Below are positions 18,025 to 27,754 of a DNA stretch of 64,000 nt, piece after piece. How positions within the stretch are numbered: the stretch's first letter is position 1; each line of letters opens with the position of its first letter. Source of the stretch: Minisyncoccota bacterium (GTDB taxonomy: Bacteria; Patescibacteriota; Minisyncoccia; UBA6257; 2-01-FULL-56-20); NCBI GenBank assembly GCA_035509435.1, contig DATJLR010000002.1, positions 330,338 to 394,337 on the forward strand, written 5' to 3'. The notes under the pieces were generated by a model. It had not been told where the DNA came from. It saw only the letters and a list, made by a program, of their open reading frames with translations, and searched no databases. The position numbers and the translations under genes are program-made.

Positions 18025-19282
18025 CTATTTTTCCGAATTATACAGTGCCATGATCTCCGCCGGAGAGAGCGCCCGGTTGTAGATGCGGACGTCGTCGATG
18101 CTGCCGAGAAAATCTCGGGCATTGTCGGTGTTCCATGCTCCGATGGACATATTCGCCGTGGCAGATGGAATCGTGGAGGTGACCGCGTCGGTCTTCACGA
18201 GAGATCCGTTCTCATATAAAGACGTGCTACTCGCTGAGAAAAATGTGATGGTTATGAATGTCCATTGCCCGGTCGGCGGACTTCCTCCAAAGCCAAATGT
18301 AGCGCCGTTCATATATAAATCCATCCCCAGATCAACGCCATAACCATTTACGGCATAACCAGTTGTGCTTTTATCTATGATTCTTGCGGTAATAAGAGGG
18401 ATGCTCGGCGGATCGATCCATGCCGTTATTGTAAAATTAGATCCGGCCAACATAAGAGAATTTGTTCCGGAAATAGAACCGAGCGATACGCTGTTCGTGC
18501 TCCCATCGAACGTCCCCGCATAGGTTCCCACCTTGCCGCCCGTATAGTGGCTTCCATTGATAGAACTCCCGTTCCACGTCCCCGTGTTCCCGTTGCCGGA
18601 AGCATCGATCGTGCTTGATCCACTCCCCTCGCTCATCGGCCAGTAGCCCACAAGGCCTGTGGGGTTATAGAGGGCAGAGATGCCCTGGGTCCCTCCTGAT
18701 ATGACCTCAGGGAAATAGGTGGTCTGGAGGGAAGCCCCGTATTGTTGCTTGTATTTCTGCGATTCCAGATTGGCGGTCACCTGGAACTGGGTGCCGTTCG
18801 TATTGTAGGCATAGAAGAGGCCTGAACTCGTGGCATTCACGGGGTCCACCGGCAGGTTGCTCACGGGATTGCCTGAGGAAATGGAGGTCAGATTCACGGG
18901 GATCCAGCCTGCACTGTTGATGCTGCGGTAGGTGCTTGTGGCGCTGCATTGCCAGGAGCCGGAGGTGAAGGAAGGGAGGCCCAAGCTTCCGCATGCATTC
19001 GTGCTTGTGGCCGCAGGATCAGGGACAGAGATGCCGGTATTTGCCGTATTGCCAAGGGAGAAAGAGGATGCCCCTGCCTGGTCGGTCACATAGAGGTTCA
19101 AGGCGCTTTGGAGCGTTGCCATGTCGCTTACCCGGTTCGCGTCACGGCTCTGGCGGAGAAGCTCTGCGGGATTCAGGGTCAGAACCACCACCACCGCAAG
19201 GATGGCGATGATGGCGATCACGACCAGAAGCTCGATGAGGGTGAACGCGGAGCGGGGGGGAATTTCTCCGATAGGGAGGCAT
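18025..19282 (-). pseudogene. type IV pilin-like protein with C-terminal LamG domain, frameshifted in its leader at a G7 tract (phase-OFF or sequencing error)
   Basis: A|FTLIELLVVIAIIAILA methylation motif; LVGYW...DDVRIYNRALS LamG motifs; ATG at 19282 is one base out of frame. Confidence 0.8.
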
Positions 19283-19317
19283 ATGCTAATTGTAGCAAAT
19301 ACAGGTACAATGACATC

Positions 19318-20280
19318 ATGCTTATCGACGATGTGAACGTCCGCATTTCTGCGGGACACGGCGGCAAAGGCGCCGTGGCTTTTAATAAGAATATGATGAG
19401 CTTGGGGCCCGCCGGCGGGAGCGGCGGCCTGGGTGGCAGTGTCTATGCGGAAGGCGTATCCGACCTCTCCGCGCTTGGCCAGTTCCGCTTCAAAAAAGAA
19501 TTTGCGGCCGAGAATGGAGCCGACGGACGCGGCCAGTTCCGTGATGGACATGACGGCAAAGATCTCATCATTAAAGTTCCCGTCGGTACGATCGCGCACA
19601 ACCTGACTACCGGCGAAAATTTTGATATCGATCATAGCGGTCAGCGCGTGTTGCTGGCGAAAGGCGGTAACGGCGGTAAGGGAAATTTTCTCTTTCGCTC
19701 ATCGCGCAACACGACACCCAAACAATCCCAACCCGGACTCCCCGGTGAATCGTTCGATTTCCGCCTGGAGCTCAAGTTCATTGCCGATGTCGGATTCGTC
19801 GGTTTGCCAAATGTCGGCAAATCCAGTTTATTGAATGACTTGACCAATGCCAAAAGTAAGGTGGCAAACTATGCTTTTACCACCCTTGAGCCGAATCTCG
19901 GCACGTACTATGAGCTGATCCTGGCGGACATCCCCGGACTCATCGAGGGCTCCTCGTCAGGCAAAGGGCTCGGTACGCGTTTTCTGCGCCATATTGAGCG
20001 GACCCGGACACTATTCCATTTTATTTCCGCCGAATCCCCCACTCCCGTCGCCGATTATAAAACGATCCGTGCCGAGCTTGGCAAATATAACAAGGCGTTG
20101 CTCAAAAAGCCGGAACATCTTTTCCTCACCAAGTCTGACACGGTTGATGGAAAAGAATTAAAATCCACCCTTACCAAACTGAAAAAAATTAACCCGAAGG
20201 CCATTGCGATCTCGATCATCGACGAAGAGAGCATTAAGAAGGTACAAAAGCTTCTGAATACTATCAAGGCAAAAAAATAA
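19318..20280 (+). CDS. obgE: GTPase ObgE/CgtA
   Basis: Gly-rich Obg domain, GLPNVGKS, YAFTTLEPNLG, DIPG and TKSD motifs. Confidence 0.96.
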   Translation: MLIDDVNVRISAGHGGKGAVAFNKNMMSLGPAGGSGGLGGSVYAEGVSDLSALGQFRFKKEFAAENGADGRGQFRDGHDGKDLIIKVPVGTIAHNLTTGENFDIDHSGQRVLLAKGGNGGKGNFLFRSSRNTTPKQSQPGLPGESFDFRLELKFIADVGFVGLPNVGKSSLLNDLTNAKSKVANYAFTTLEPNLGTYYELILADIPGLIEGSSSGKGLGTRFLRHIERTRTLFHFISAESPTPVADYKTIRAELGKYNKALLKKPEHLFLTKSDTVDGKELKSTLTKLKKINPKAIAISIIDEESIKKVQKLLNTIKAKK

Positions 20281-20310
20281 AGAAGGGCGCCGTGACCACA
20301 GGCGCCCCTT
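20272..20310 (-). terminator. terminator hairpin (probably bidirectional)
   Basis: GGGCGCC-GTGACCACA-GGCGCCC with an A-rich left flank. Confidence 0.6.
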
Positions 20311-20472
20311 GTCCCCTTTCGAAGACCCTACTTCTCTGGTTACGGCCCTTTCCATAGATCGGACCATCCTTCTATCGGGGGACCGTTGGAATTATATACA
20401 AATCATAAAAAATATCATATACTACGGACATGACGCGCAACAGCGCGTTCTTCTATTGTAACCATCACCTTT

Positions 20473-21924
20473 ATGGCAAACGAAGTAATTCTCAGGTTCA
20501 GCGACGTCACATTCGTGTACGGCAAGAAGCCCATTCTCAATGAGGCCGCTTTTTCGGTGCGCCGCGGGGCGAAGATCACGCTCATGGGGCAGAATGGCGC
20601 GGGCAAAAGCACGATATTCCGACTGATTGCGGGCGAATTGCATCCGGAAGAGGGCGATGTGATCGTCGAGAATGGTATGACAATGGCAATGGCGCGACAG
20701 GTCATCCCCCGCGATCAGTTGGATTCCACTGTTTTAGACTTCTTTAACACTGCGTTCCCGGGCAAGAAAGTGTATGATATCGAGCCGCGCGTCAAAAAAG
20801 CGCTGGATATCGTAAATCTCACCGCCCCGCTCGACCGCACGGTCGGCAGCTTTTCCGGCGGCCAGCAGGCGCGCCTGCTCCTTGCACACGCGCTCATCCA
20901 GGATCCCGATATGCTCCTGCTCGATGAGCCGACGAACAATCTCGATAAGGCCGGCATTGAACATCTCACGAACTTTATAAAAGAATCAAAGAAGACGTGC
21001 ATTGTGATCTCCCACGACGCGGACTTTTTGAACGCGTTCACTGAAGGTGTTCTTTACCTTGATAGCTTTACTAAAAAAGTGGAACAGTATGTGGGCAACT
21101 ACTTTGATGTAGTGAAGGAGATCACCGCGCGACTGGAGCGAGAGCGCATGAAGAAGGTCCGGCTTGAGAAAGAGATCCAGCACCGCAAGGACCAGGCGAA
21201 CTTCTTTGCGCAAAAAGGCGGCCACATGCGCGACGTTGCCAAAAAGATGTGGAACAAGATCGACGAGCTCGAGGAGGATATTCCTGAGTCGCGCCAGGAA
21301 GACCGCACGATCCGCCAGTTCGCCATTCCCTGCCAGGCGGATGTGAGCGGCCAGATACTTCAACTTACTTCAGTGAATGTCATCAAGAATCACAAACCGA
21401 CTGCCAAAAAAGTGAATGTCGTGCTTAAAAAGAACGAGCGCCTTCATCTTGCCGGACCGAATGGCATCGGAAAGACGACGCTCCTTGAAGCCCTTGCCAC
21501 CGGCCATGCCAAGGGCGAGATCGTAGAGCCGGGCGTCCGCATCGGCTATTATCGCCAGGATTTTTCCACGCTCGATTTTGACGCCACCGTCTGGGACACG
21601 CTTTCGCGTGCCATGCGCGAAGGCGACCATGAAAAGCTGCGCTCTCACGCGGCAGGATTTTTGATAGACGCGGAACTGCTTCGCGCAAAGATCGGCTCGC
21701 TTTCCGAAGGCCAAAAAGGTCTCGTCGCCTTCGCGAAGCTGTCCCTTGAGGCGCCGGGTCTTCTCATCCTCGACGAGCCGACGAATCACATCAATTTTCG
21801 CCACATTCCGATCATCGCAAAAGCGCTCGACCGCTACGAAGGCGCGATGATCCTTGTGAGCCACGTGCCGGACTTTGTGAAGCAGATCCGCATAGACCAG
21901 ACGCTGGATCTGGCGGCACTTTAA
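20473..21924 (+). CDS. ABC-F family ATPase
   Basis: two ABC domains (GQNGAGKS / FSGGQ / LDEPTN and GPNGIGKT / LSEGQ / LDEPTNH), no TM segments. Confidence 0.92.
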   Translation: MANEVILRFSDVTFVYGKKPILNEAAFSVRRGAKITLMGQNGAGKSTIFRLIAGELHPEEGDVIVENGMTMAMARQVIPRDQLDSTVLDFFNTAFPGKKVYDIEPRVKKALDIVNLTAPLDRTVGSFSGGQQARLLLAHALIQDPDMLLLDEPTNNLDKAGIEHLTNFIKESKKTCIVISHDADFLNAFTEGVLYLDSFTKKVEQYVGNYFDVVKEITARLERERMKKVRLEKEIQHRKDQANFFAQKGGHMRDVAKKMWNKIDELEEDIPESRQEDRTIRQFAIPCQADVSGQILQLTSVNVIKNHKPTAKKVNVVLKKNERLHLAGPNGIGKTTLLEALATGHAKGEIVEPGVRIGYYRQDFSTLDFDATVWDTLSRAMREGDHEKLRSHAAGFLIDAELLRAKIGSLSEGQKGLVAFAKLSLEAPGLLILDEPTNHINFRHIPIIAKALDRYEGAMILVSHVPDFVKQIRIDQTLDLAAL

Positions 21925-22304
21925 TCTTTTTTCTCGAGATCCAGACAAACCGAATTGATGCAGTAACGCTTGCCGCCTTTGTCTTCAGGACCATCATCGA
22001 AGACGTGGCCAAGGTGGGCGCCGCAGGTCTTGCAGATAACTTCTGTGCGGTTCATGCCAAAGCTGCGATCGGTCTTCAGTTCAACCTTCTCCAGGTTGAC
22101 CGGTTCGGTGAAACTTGGCCAGCCGGATTTTGAATCAAATTTGGTGTCGGATGAAAAGAGTTCCGTGCCGCACACGGCGCATTTGTACATTCCCTTCGCG
22201 TGCTCGTTCCAATATTTCCCTTTGAACGCGCCTTCGGTGCCGCCTTCGCGGGCGACATGGTACAGCTCCGGATTTTCTTTTTTAAGTTCTTCGTCAGTTT
22301 TCAT
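21921..22304 (-). CDS. msrB: peptide-methionine (R)-S-oxide reductase
   Basis: GWPSF, HLGHVFDDGP and RYCINS motifs; ATGA overlap with msrA. Confidence 0.96.
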   Translation of the reverse strand: MKTDEELKKENPELYHVAREGGTEGAFKGKYWNEHAKGMYKCAVCGTELFSSDTKFDSKSGWPSFTEPVNLEKVELKTDRSFGMNRTEVICKTCGAHLGHVFDDGPEDKGGKRYCINSVCLDLEKKD

Positions 22305-22852
22305 TTGGATTTTTCTTTTAATAGGTTTACAAACTGCTTTTGCAGTTTTTCGACCTTCGGTTCGATGATCACCTGGCAATAACCGGCGTTCGGATGGTTT
22401 TTGAAATAGTGCCGGTGATAATCCTCGGCGTCGTAGAATTCGCCGAGCGGAACCACTTCGGTGACGATCGGACGTCCTTTTGGATCGGATGCGGTAAGCT
22501 CCGCGATGAATTTCTCCGCCTCTGCCTCTTGTGCCGGCGTAGAATAGAAGATGGCCGAGCGATACTGCGTGCCCACATCATTTCCCTGCCGGTTGAGCGT
22601 TGTCGGGTCATGGGTGGCAAAGAATACCGTGAGCAGATCGCGATACGTGACCTGTAACGGATCGAACTCGATGCGCGTGGCTTCCGCGTGGCCGGTCTCG
22701 CCGGTGCAGACGGCGTCATATGATGGATTCGGCACCGTGCCGCCCGTATAGCCGGGCATCACGGAGATCACCCCGCGCAATTCCTCGAACACCGCTTCGG
22801 TGCACCAGAAACACCCTCCGCCGAATACCGCCACTTCAGTTTTTGTTCCCAT
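22301..22852 (-). CDS. msrA: peptide-methionine (S)-S-oxide reductase
   Basis: GGGCFWC, HDPTTLNRQGND and AEDYH motifs. Confidence 0.96.
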   Translation of the reverse strand: MGTKTEVAVFGGGCFWCTEAVFEELRGVISVMPGYTGGTVPNPSYDAVCTGETGHAEATRIEFDPLQVTYRDLLTVFFATHDPTTLNRQGNDVGTQYRSAIFYSTPAQEAEAEKFIAELTASDPKGRPIVTEVVPLGEFYDAEDYHRHYFKNHPNAGYCQVIIEPKVEKLQKQFVNLLKEKSK

Positions 22853-22862
22853 ATTCGTGTAA

Positions 22863-23480
22863 TTATGCCGTTAATGGATGTTTCTTGAGAAGGTTCGCGT
22901 AGTAGACCAGGTTCCGCGCCATCGTCTTCGCCATATGCGGTGTTGCCCCGTTCTTCAAGCGGCGCTCACGGTCGGTGGACGGCGGCATTCCCACCTCGCC
23001 GACCCAGTACGTGCAGCATTGCGGCGGAAGCGTGAAGTTCATGAACGTGAGCACCTCCATGATGCCCGCGAGCACCGCCTGCGCGCCGTCCTCGCTGCCC
23101 GTGATCACGACCCCCGCCACTTTATTGAGCAGCTCGGCGCGGCCGCCGGCAATGACCTCTTCATCGAACGCGTCCAGCCGCTCGATCACCCGCTGCATCA
23201 AACTGGAGCGTCCGCCCCACCATATTGGCGTCGCAAATATGACGATGTCCGCGATGCGGATCTTGTTTACGATCTCCGGCCATTCGTCGCCTTCACCCTC
23301 GCTGAATCCGAGCCCGACTGGAATGTTCCTGTCGGCAAGACGAACGATCTCCGAAGTGATCGTCGCCTGCTTCAGGTCATCCATCTCCTTGAGCACAAGC
23401 CGGACGACCTCTTCGGTATTCGATATGCCGCCATCCTGATGCTTGAGCGATGCATTCAAAACCAATACGTTCAATTTCAT
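22863..23480 (-). CDS. flavodoxin-fold NAD(P)H-dependent oxidoreductase
   Basis: ADIVIFATPIWWG and ITGSEDGA motifs. Confidence 0.85.
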   Translation of the reverse strand: MKLNVLVLNASLKHQDGGISNTEEVVRLVLKEMDDLKQATITSEIVRLADRNIPVGLGFSEGEGDEWPEIVNKIRIADIVIFATPIWWGGRSSLMQRVIERLDAFDEEVIAGGRAELLNKVAGVVITGSEDGAQAVLAGIMEVLTFMNFTLPPQCCTYWVGEVGMPPSTDRERRLKNGATPHMAKTMARNLVYYANLLKKHPLTA

Positions 23481-23512
23481 TTTTCAATTATATTATTCCT
23501 TATGGCGGCGCG

Positions 23513-24760
23513 CTATCCAAAGGTAAACGTGTACGCCTGAAGCCCCGGTGTCTCAACGATAAGCTGCAGTGTATGCACTCCGCCGCCATTCGGGTCGCTC
23601 ACCAAATTGTAGAGGCGATTACCCGAGATGGTCACCTTTCCGTTGTGGACATCGCTGCCGGCGTCCGCGGCGCTGATCGGCGCCCCATCCTGCATTACGT
23701 CCACCACGGTGCCGTTCGGGGCTCCGGCGGCGACTATATATACATTGCCGGCATTGTACTCATAAGTGATCGTCGCGCCCGCGCTGATGTTTTGCGCATA
23801 TTGGTCCTCAAAGTCCCACGTGCCGCCGAGATAAAGCTGATTCAGCTGGATGGCGCTCGGCACCGGCGCCGTGAGCGTCTGGCTGCCGTTCACGAAGAAC
23901 GTGCCATTGGCAAGCAAACTGTTCCTTGCCGCGCCGAAGTATGTTTCCGGACTTTGGATCTCGTTCAGGTTGTCGGAGGTAAGGTCGACGGTCGACGTCG
24001 GGATATCCGTTGTGTTCTGTCCCAGAAGTTGCGCGCGCTGAACCAATAATTTCTGAATATCCGATTCGGTCGTCGCGTAATCCCCTTCGCCCACATGGTC
24101 GTGCACGATATAGCCGGCGATGTCGATGAGATATTCATGCGGCCAGTACAGGTTGTTATATGCATTCCATGTTCCATAGTTGCTGTCGAGAACGACCGGA
24201 TAATGGATGCCGTATTCGGCCACGGCGCTTTGCACATTGCTCAATTCCTTTTCAAAGTCGAATTCCGGAGTATGGATGCCGACGATCGTGAGCCCGTATG
24301 GCTCATATTTTTGATACCAGGCGTTGAGATACGGGATCGTTCGCACGCAGTTGATGCAGCTATAGGTCCAAAAATCGAGCAGGATCACGCGCTGTCCGAC
24401 GAGGCTTTTTAAGGTGAACGTGGATGACACATTGATAAAGCCGGTAGGATCGGTTATTTCGACCGCCGCCTGGTCGCCGGCGGCCTTATCCGATGCCGCG
24501 ATCTGTTGCAATGACGCCTTCTCTCCGCTCGTAAGGTCGGTGACCGGCGCCGGTGCGGGATTGCCCGTGCTGCTTCCCGCGGCCATCGAGCTGGTGCTTT
24601 CCATGCTTGTCGTGGCGTTCGCAAGGAGTGTATTCACGTCGATCGCCTGTCCCGCGCCGCCGGATGCCGCCGGATGGACCTTCATGTCCTCCAGATACCA
24701 GATGCTTCCGACCACTACGAGAATGATCGCGATGAACGCAATTTTTTTTGTGGTGCTCAT
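23513..24760 (-). CDS. membrane-anchored thioredoxin-like protein (DipZ C-terminal type)
   Basis: DFWTYSCINC, GIHTPEF, SPETYFG and AYTFTFG motifs. Confidence 0.9.
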   Translation of the reverse strand: MSTTKKIAFIAIILVVVGSIWYLEDMKVHPAASGGAGQAIDVNTLLANATTSMESTSSMAAGSSTGNPAPAPVTDLTSGEKASLQQIAASDKAAGDQAAVEITDPTGFINVSSTFTLKSLVGQRVILLDFWTYSCINCVRTIPYLNAWYQKYEPYGLTIVGIHTPEFDFEKELSNVQSAVAEYGIHYPVVLDSNYGTWNAYNNLYWPHEYLIDIAGYIVHDHVGEGDYATTESDIQKLLVQRAQLLGQNTTDIPTSTVDLTSDNLNEIQSPETYFGAARNSLLANGTFFVNGSQTLTAPVPSAIQLNQLYLGGTWDFEDQYAQNISAGATITYEYNAGNVYIVAAGAPNGTVVDVMQDGAPISAADAGSDVHNGKVTISGNRLYNLVSDPNGGGVHTLQLIVETPGLQAYTFTFG

Positions 24761-24775
24761 GATGAATGGTTATTT

Positions 24776-25498
24776 TTATACTTTTAACTTCAATAACAGA
24801 TCGTTCACAAACCCGAAGTTCGCGATAAGGGGCAGGTCCTGCGTGAAGACCAGGACGCCAAGCACGACCAGGATGGCGCCGAAAAACGGGTTCACATATT
24901 CCAGTTTCGCTGCATATTTGTTTATAAGCGCGGCACTTTGTGCGACGAACAGCCCAACGATAAGGAACGGGATGCCGAGGCCGATCGCGTATGAGAGCAG
25001 GAGCCAGAACGCCTCGCCTGGCGCGGATGCCGCAATGCCAAGAATGCCGCCGAGCACCGGCCCCACGCATGGCGTCCACCCGGCGGCGAACGCAAGCCCG
25101 AACAGGAGCGAGGTGAGGTAGCGGGACCTGAGCTTTGCGCCAAAGTTCAATTTATGGTCGCTCTCAAAGAAGCGGATCCGGAAAAATCCCATCAGATAAA
25201 GTCCGAAGAAGATCACGATCGTGCCGCCGATCCACGCAAGCCACGACTGCACTGCATAGGCAATGTGCGAAAGCACCCCGTTCAGCAGCACGCCCAGCAG
25301 GGCGAACACGATCGAGAACCCCAGCACAAAGAAAAAACTGTTCAGAAAAATGCTCCACCGCGAAGGCTTCGCCGCGGCATTCGATGACGATTCTCCTGCC
25401 AGATATGCCAAAAAGCCCGGGATGATCGGCAGAATGCATGGCGAAAGGAACGATACAATGCCGGCAAGGAACGCGACGAGAATAGGAATATCAGTCAT
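24776..25498 (-). CDS. ccdA: CcdA/DsbD-type transmembrane electron transporter
   Basis: SFLSPCILP and WTPCVGPVL motifs. Confidence 0.9.
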   Translation of the reverse strand: MTDIPILVAFLAGIVSFLSPCILPIIPGFLAYLAGESSSNAAAKPSRWSIFLNSFFFVLGFSIVFALLGVLLNGVLSHIAYAVQSWLAWIGGTIVIFFGLYLMGFFRIRFFESDHKLNFGAKLRSRYLTSLLFGLAFAAGWTPCVGPVLGGILGIAASAPGEAFWLLLSYAIGLGIPFLIVGLFVAQSAALINKYAAKLEYVNPFFGAILVVLGVLVFTQDLPLIANFGFVNDLLLKLKV

Positions 25499-25506
25499 GG
25501 GCAAAA

Positions 25507-25863
25507 TTATAACCTGCTTTTTCCGTAAATAAGGCCGCCGATCTTTGCGATCACCATAAGCGCAAGCGCGTAGATAAGCCATGGATCAAGTGCGTGCTGG
25601 AGCTCGCCGGTCACTATGCCTACCAGGAGCAGCGCCGAGCCGGCAAAGTATGCGATGCGATCGGCAAACAGGCGGTGGAATTGCTCGCGTTCGTCGCCGC
25701 GGCTCTCGCGCCAGAGGAATGTGGCAAAGAATATATAAAGTGCGACCGCGCCGATCAAAAGCCCCATCACCGCGTAGCCGGGCATGAATACGTTCCATGG
25801 ATTGAATATCACGAAAAGCAACACAAGCAGTCCCAACCCTACCAGCAGTTCTTTTTTTGCCAT
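25507..25863 (-). CDS. small membrane protein
   Basis: four TM segments, DERE motif; follows the XRE regulator. Confidence 0.75.
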   Translation of the reverse strand: MAKKELLVGLGLLVLLFVIFNPWNVFMPGYAVMGLLIGAVALYIFFATFLWRESRGDEREQFHRLFADRIAYFAGSALLLVGIVTGELQHALDPWLIYALALMVIAKIGGLIYGKSRL

Positions 25864-25873
25864 AGTAATGTAG

Positions 25874-26077
25874 TTATGAGAGATAAAATAATTCTTCGAC
25901 CGGCCGCTTAAAAAATTTTGCCAGGCGGAGCGCGAGCAAAACGGACGGGACATAGTTCCCTTTCTCGATCGCAATGATCGTCTGGCGGCTCACGCCGATC
26001 TTCTCCGAAAGCTTCTCCTGCGTGATGTCCGCAGCCGTCCGGATCTCGTAGATCGTATTTTTCACCGCTTCTTTCAT
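25874..26077 (-). CDS. XRE-family HTH transcriptional regulator
   Basis: TQEKLSEKIGVSRQTIIAIEKGNYVPS. Confidence 0.93.
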   Translation of the reverse strand: MKEAVKNTIYEIRTAADITQEKLSEKIGVSRQTIIAIEKGNYVPSVLLALRLAKFFKRPVEELFYLS

Positions 26078-26128
26078 GATCTCAGTATACGGCGCGCTCC
26101 ATGAATGTCAAGTACTCTTTACATTGCC

Positions 26129-27745
26129 CTACTGGGCAAGCGGGATCGTCGCCCTGAACGTGCTTCCCTTTCCCTCTCCCGGTGATTCCGCCACGAGCGT
26201 TCCGCCATGCGCCTCCACGATCTTGCGGGCTATATATAAGCCAAGGCCGGTGCCGCGAACCTCTTTTTTGATCCGCTCGTCACGGATGAACTCTTCGAAA
26301 AGGAACGGGATGAGCGCGGCCGGAATGCCATAGCCGGAATCGCTGACCACGATGCTCGCCTTGCCTTGTTCTGCCTTCAACTCCACTTTTACAAACCCGG
26401 CCGGCGTGTATTTGATCGCGTTGTCGATCAGGTTCTGGACCACCTGCTTGAACTTCTCCTTGTCGATGCTTACCGTTACGGGTGACGGCGGGAGCGCGGC
26501 GGTGAGGGAAAGCTTTTTCGTCTCGGCAAGCGGCATGATCGAATCCACGGTTCCGGCGACGATCGGCACCAGGTCCGCTTTTTCGAACGAATATTCCATC
26601 TTCCCCTCCTCCACCTTGCGCACGTCGAGAAGCGTGTTGATGAGCCCGATCAGCTCATCCGCCGATTGCTGGACCTTCCCGAGCGCTTCCTTGGCCTTAT
26701 CGCTCACCTCGCCATACGAACCGCCGATCACGAGCGTAATGAACCCCTTCATCGCCGCGAGCGGCGAACGGATCTGGTGCGACGCGAGCGACAACAATTC
26801 GCTCTTGAAGCGGCCGAGTTCCGCAAGTTGGGCGTTGCTGGCCTCGATCTTCTTATTGAGATGCTCAAGCTCTTCGCGCTGCTCTACTTCCCGCTGGACG
26901 CTTTGGATGAGGAGGATCCCGAATACCAGAACAAGAACGAACACCACGGTCTGGAATATGATCACCGCGGTTCCTTTGGACACCGTCACTTCCGCAAACG
27001 TGACGATCGCGAGAACAAAGGTCATGGCCTCTGCGGCAAAGACCTTTACCCGAAGCAAATGATGCCGGATGATCGCATATGCGGTAAGTCCCGCGAGCGG
27101 AAAGATGAATACCGCGCCCAGCTCCAGGAAGCGGGTTATATTGAAGAACGCGGGAAGGATATAGTTGAACACGATATGGCAAAGGAATGTGATCGTCGCG
27201 CCGGCAAGCACCAGCGCATAGGCCGCGCGTTCGGTTTTTTCAGCCCTCAATAATTTCTTTAAAAGAAGAACGAATGCGCTTATCACAAGCGATACGATGA
27301 GCATTCCGAATATTGCGATACCGAAGCCGGGCTGGGCGACCGGTGCCTGTCCGGCAGCTCCTATCGTCTGAATGCCTTTGAACGTGAATGGCGTGAGGGT
27401 GAAGAGGTCTACGAGGATGACGGCGGGAACCAATATCCTGGCATACCAACGCGGCCAATCCATTGTCTTTCCCGGAAACACATAAAAGAACTGGAAAAGA
27501 GCGAAGGTATACCATACGGCAAAAAACAGGACGAACCGGAACAGCCAAAGGATGACGGCGGGCGAAGAGAACTGATAGCTTAAATAATTCACGATGCTCC
27601 ACAGGGACGCGGCGACGGACAAAAACAGAAAGCTTTTATTGGTGACACTCGTACGGTCATTGAAAAATGCCACAAAGCCCAGGATGGTGATCGCCGCAAC
27701 CGTGACCGCGACGGATAAGAGATCGATGTTGTTAAGGGTGGTCAC
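26129..27745 (-). CDS. sensor histidine kinase with N-terminal 7TM (HisKA_7TM-like) domain
   Basis: multi-TM N-terminus ending YAIIRHHLL; H box SHQIRSPL, N box NLIDNAIKYT, DSGYGI, GTGLGL. Confidence 0.92.
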   Translation of the reverse strand: MTTLNNIDLLSVAVTVAAITILGFVAFFNDRTSVTNKSFLFLSVAASLWSIVNYLSYQFSSPAVILWLFRFVLFFAVWYTFALFQFFYVFPGKTMDWPRWYARILVPAVILVDLFTLTPFTFKGIQTIGAAGQAPVAQPGFGIAIFGMLIVSLVISAFVLLLKKLLRAEKTERAAYALVLAGATITFLCHIVFNYILPAFFNITRFLELGAVFIFPLAGLTAYAIIRHHLLRVKVFAAEAMTFVLAIVTFAEVTVSKGTAVIIFQTVVFVLVLVFGILLIQSVQREVEQREELEHLNKKIEASNAQLAELGRFKSELLSLASHQIRSPLAAMKGFITLVIGGSYGEVSDKAKEALGKVQQSADELIGLINTLLDVRKVEEGKMEYSFEKADLVPIVAGTVDSIMPLAETKKLSLTAALPPSPVTVSIDKEKFKQVVQNLIDNAIKYTPAGFVKVELKAEQGKASIVVSDSGYGIPAALIPFLFEEFIRDERIKKEVRGTGLGLYIARKIVEAHGGTLVAESPGEGKGSTFRATIPLAQ

Positions 27746-27754
27746 GGAGAGGAG

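Noticed and set aside
19283-19635. N-terminal extension of the pilin-LamG ORF to 19635, and of obgE back to 18949
   Set aside because: The extensions overlap each other's genes; promoter and motif positions place the true starts at 19282 and 19318.
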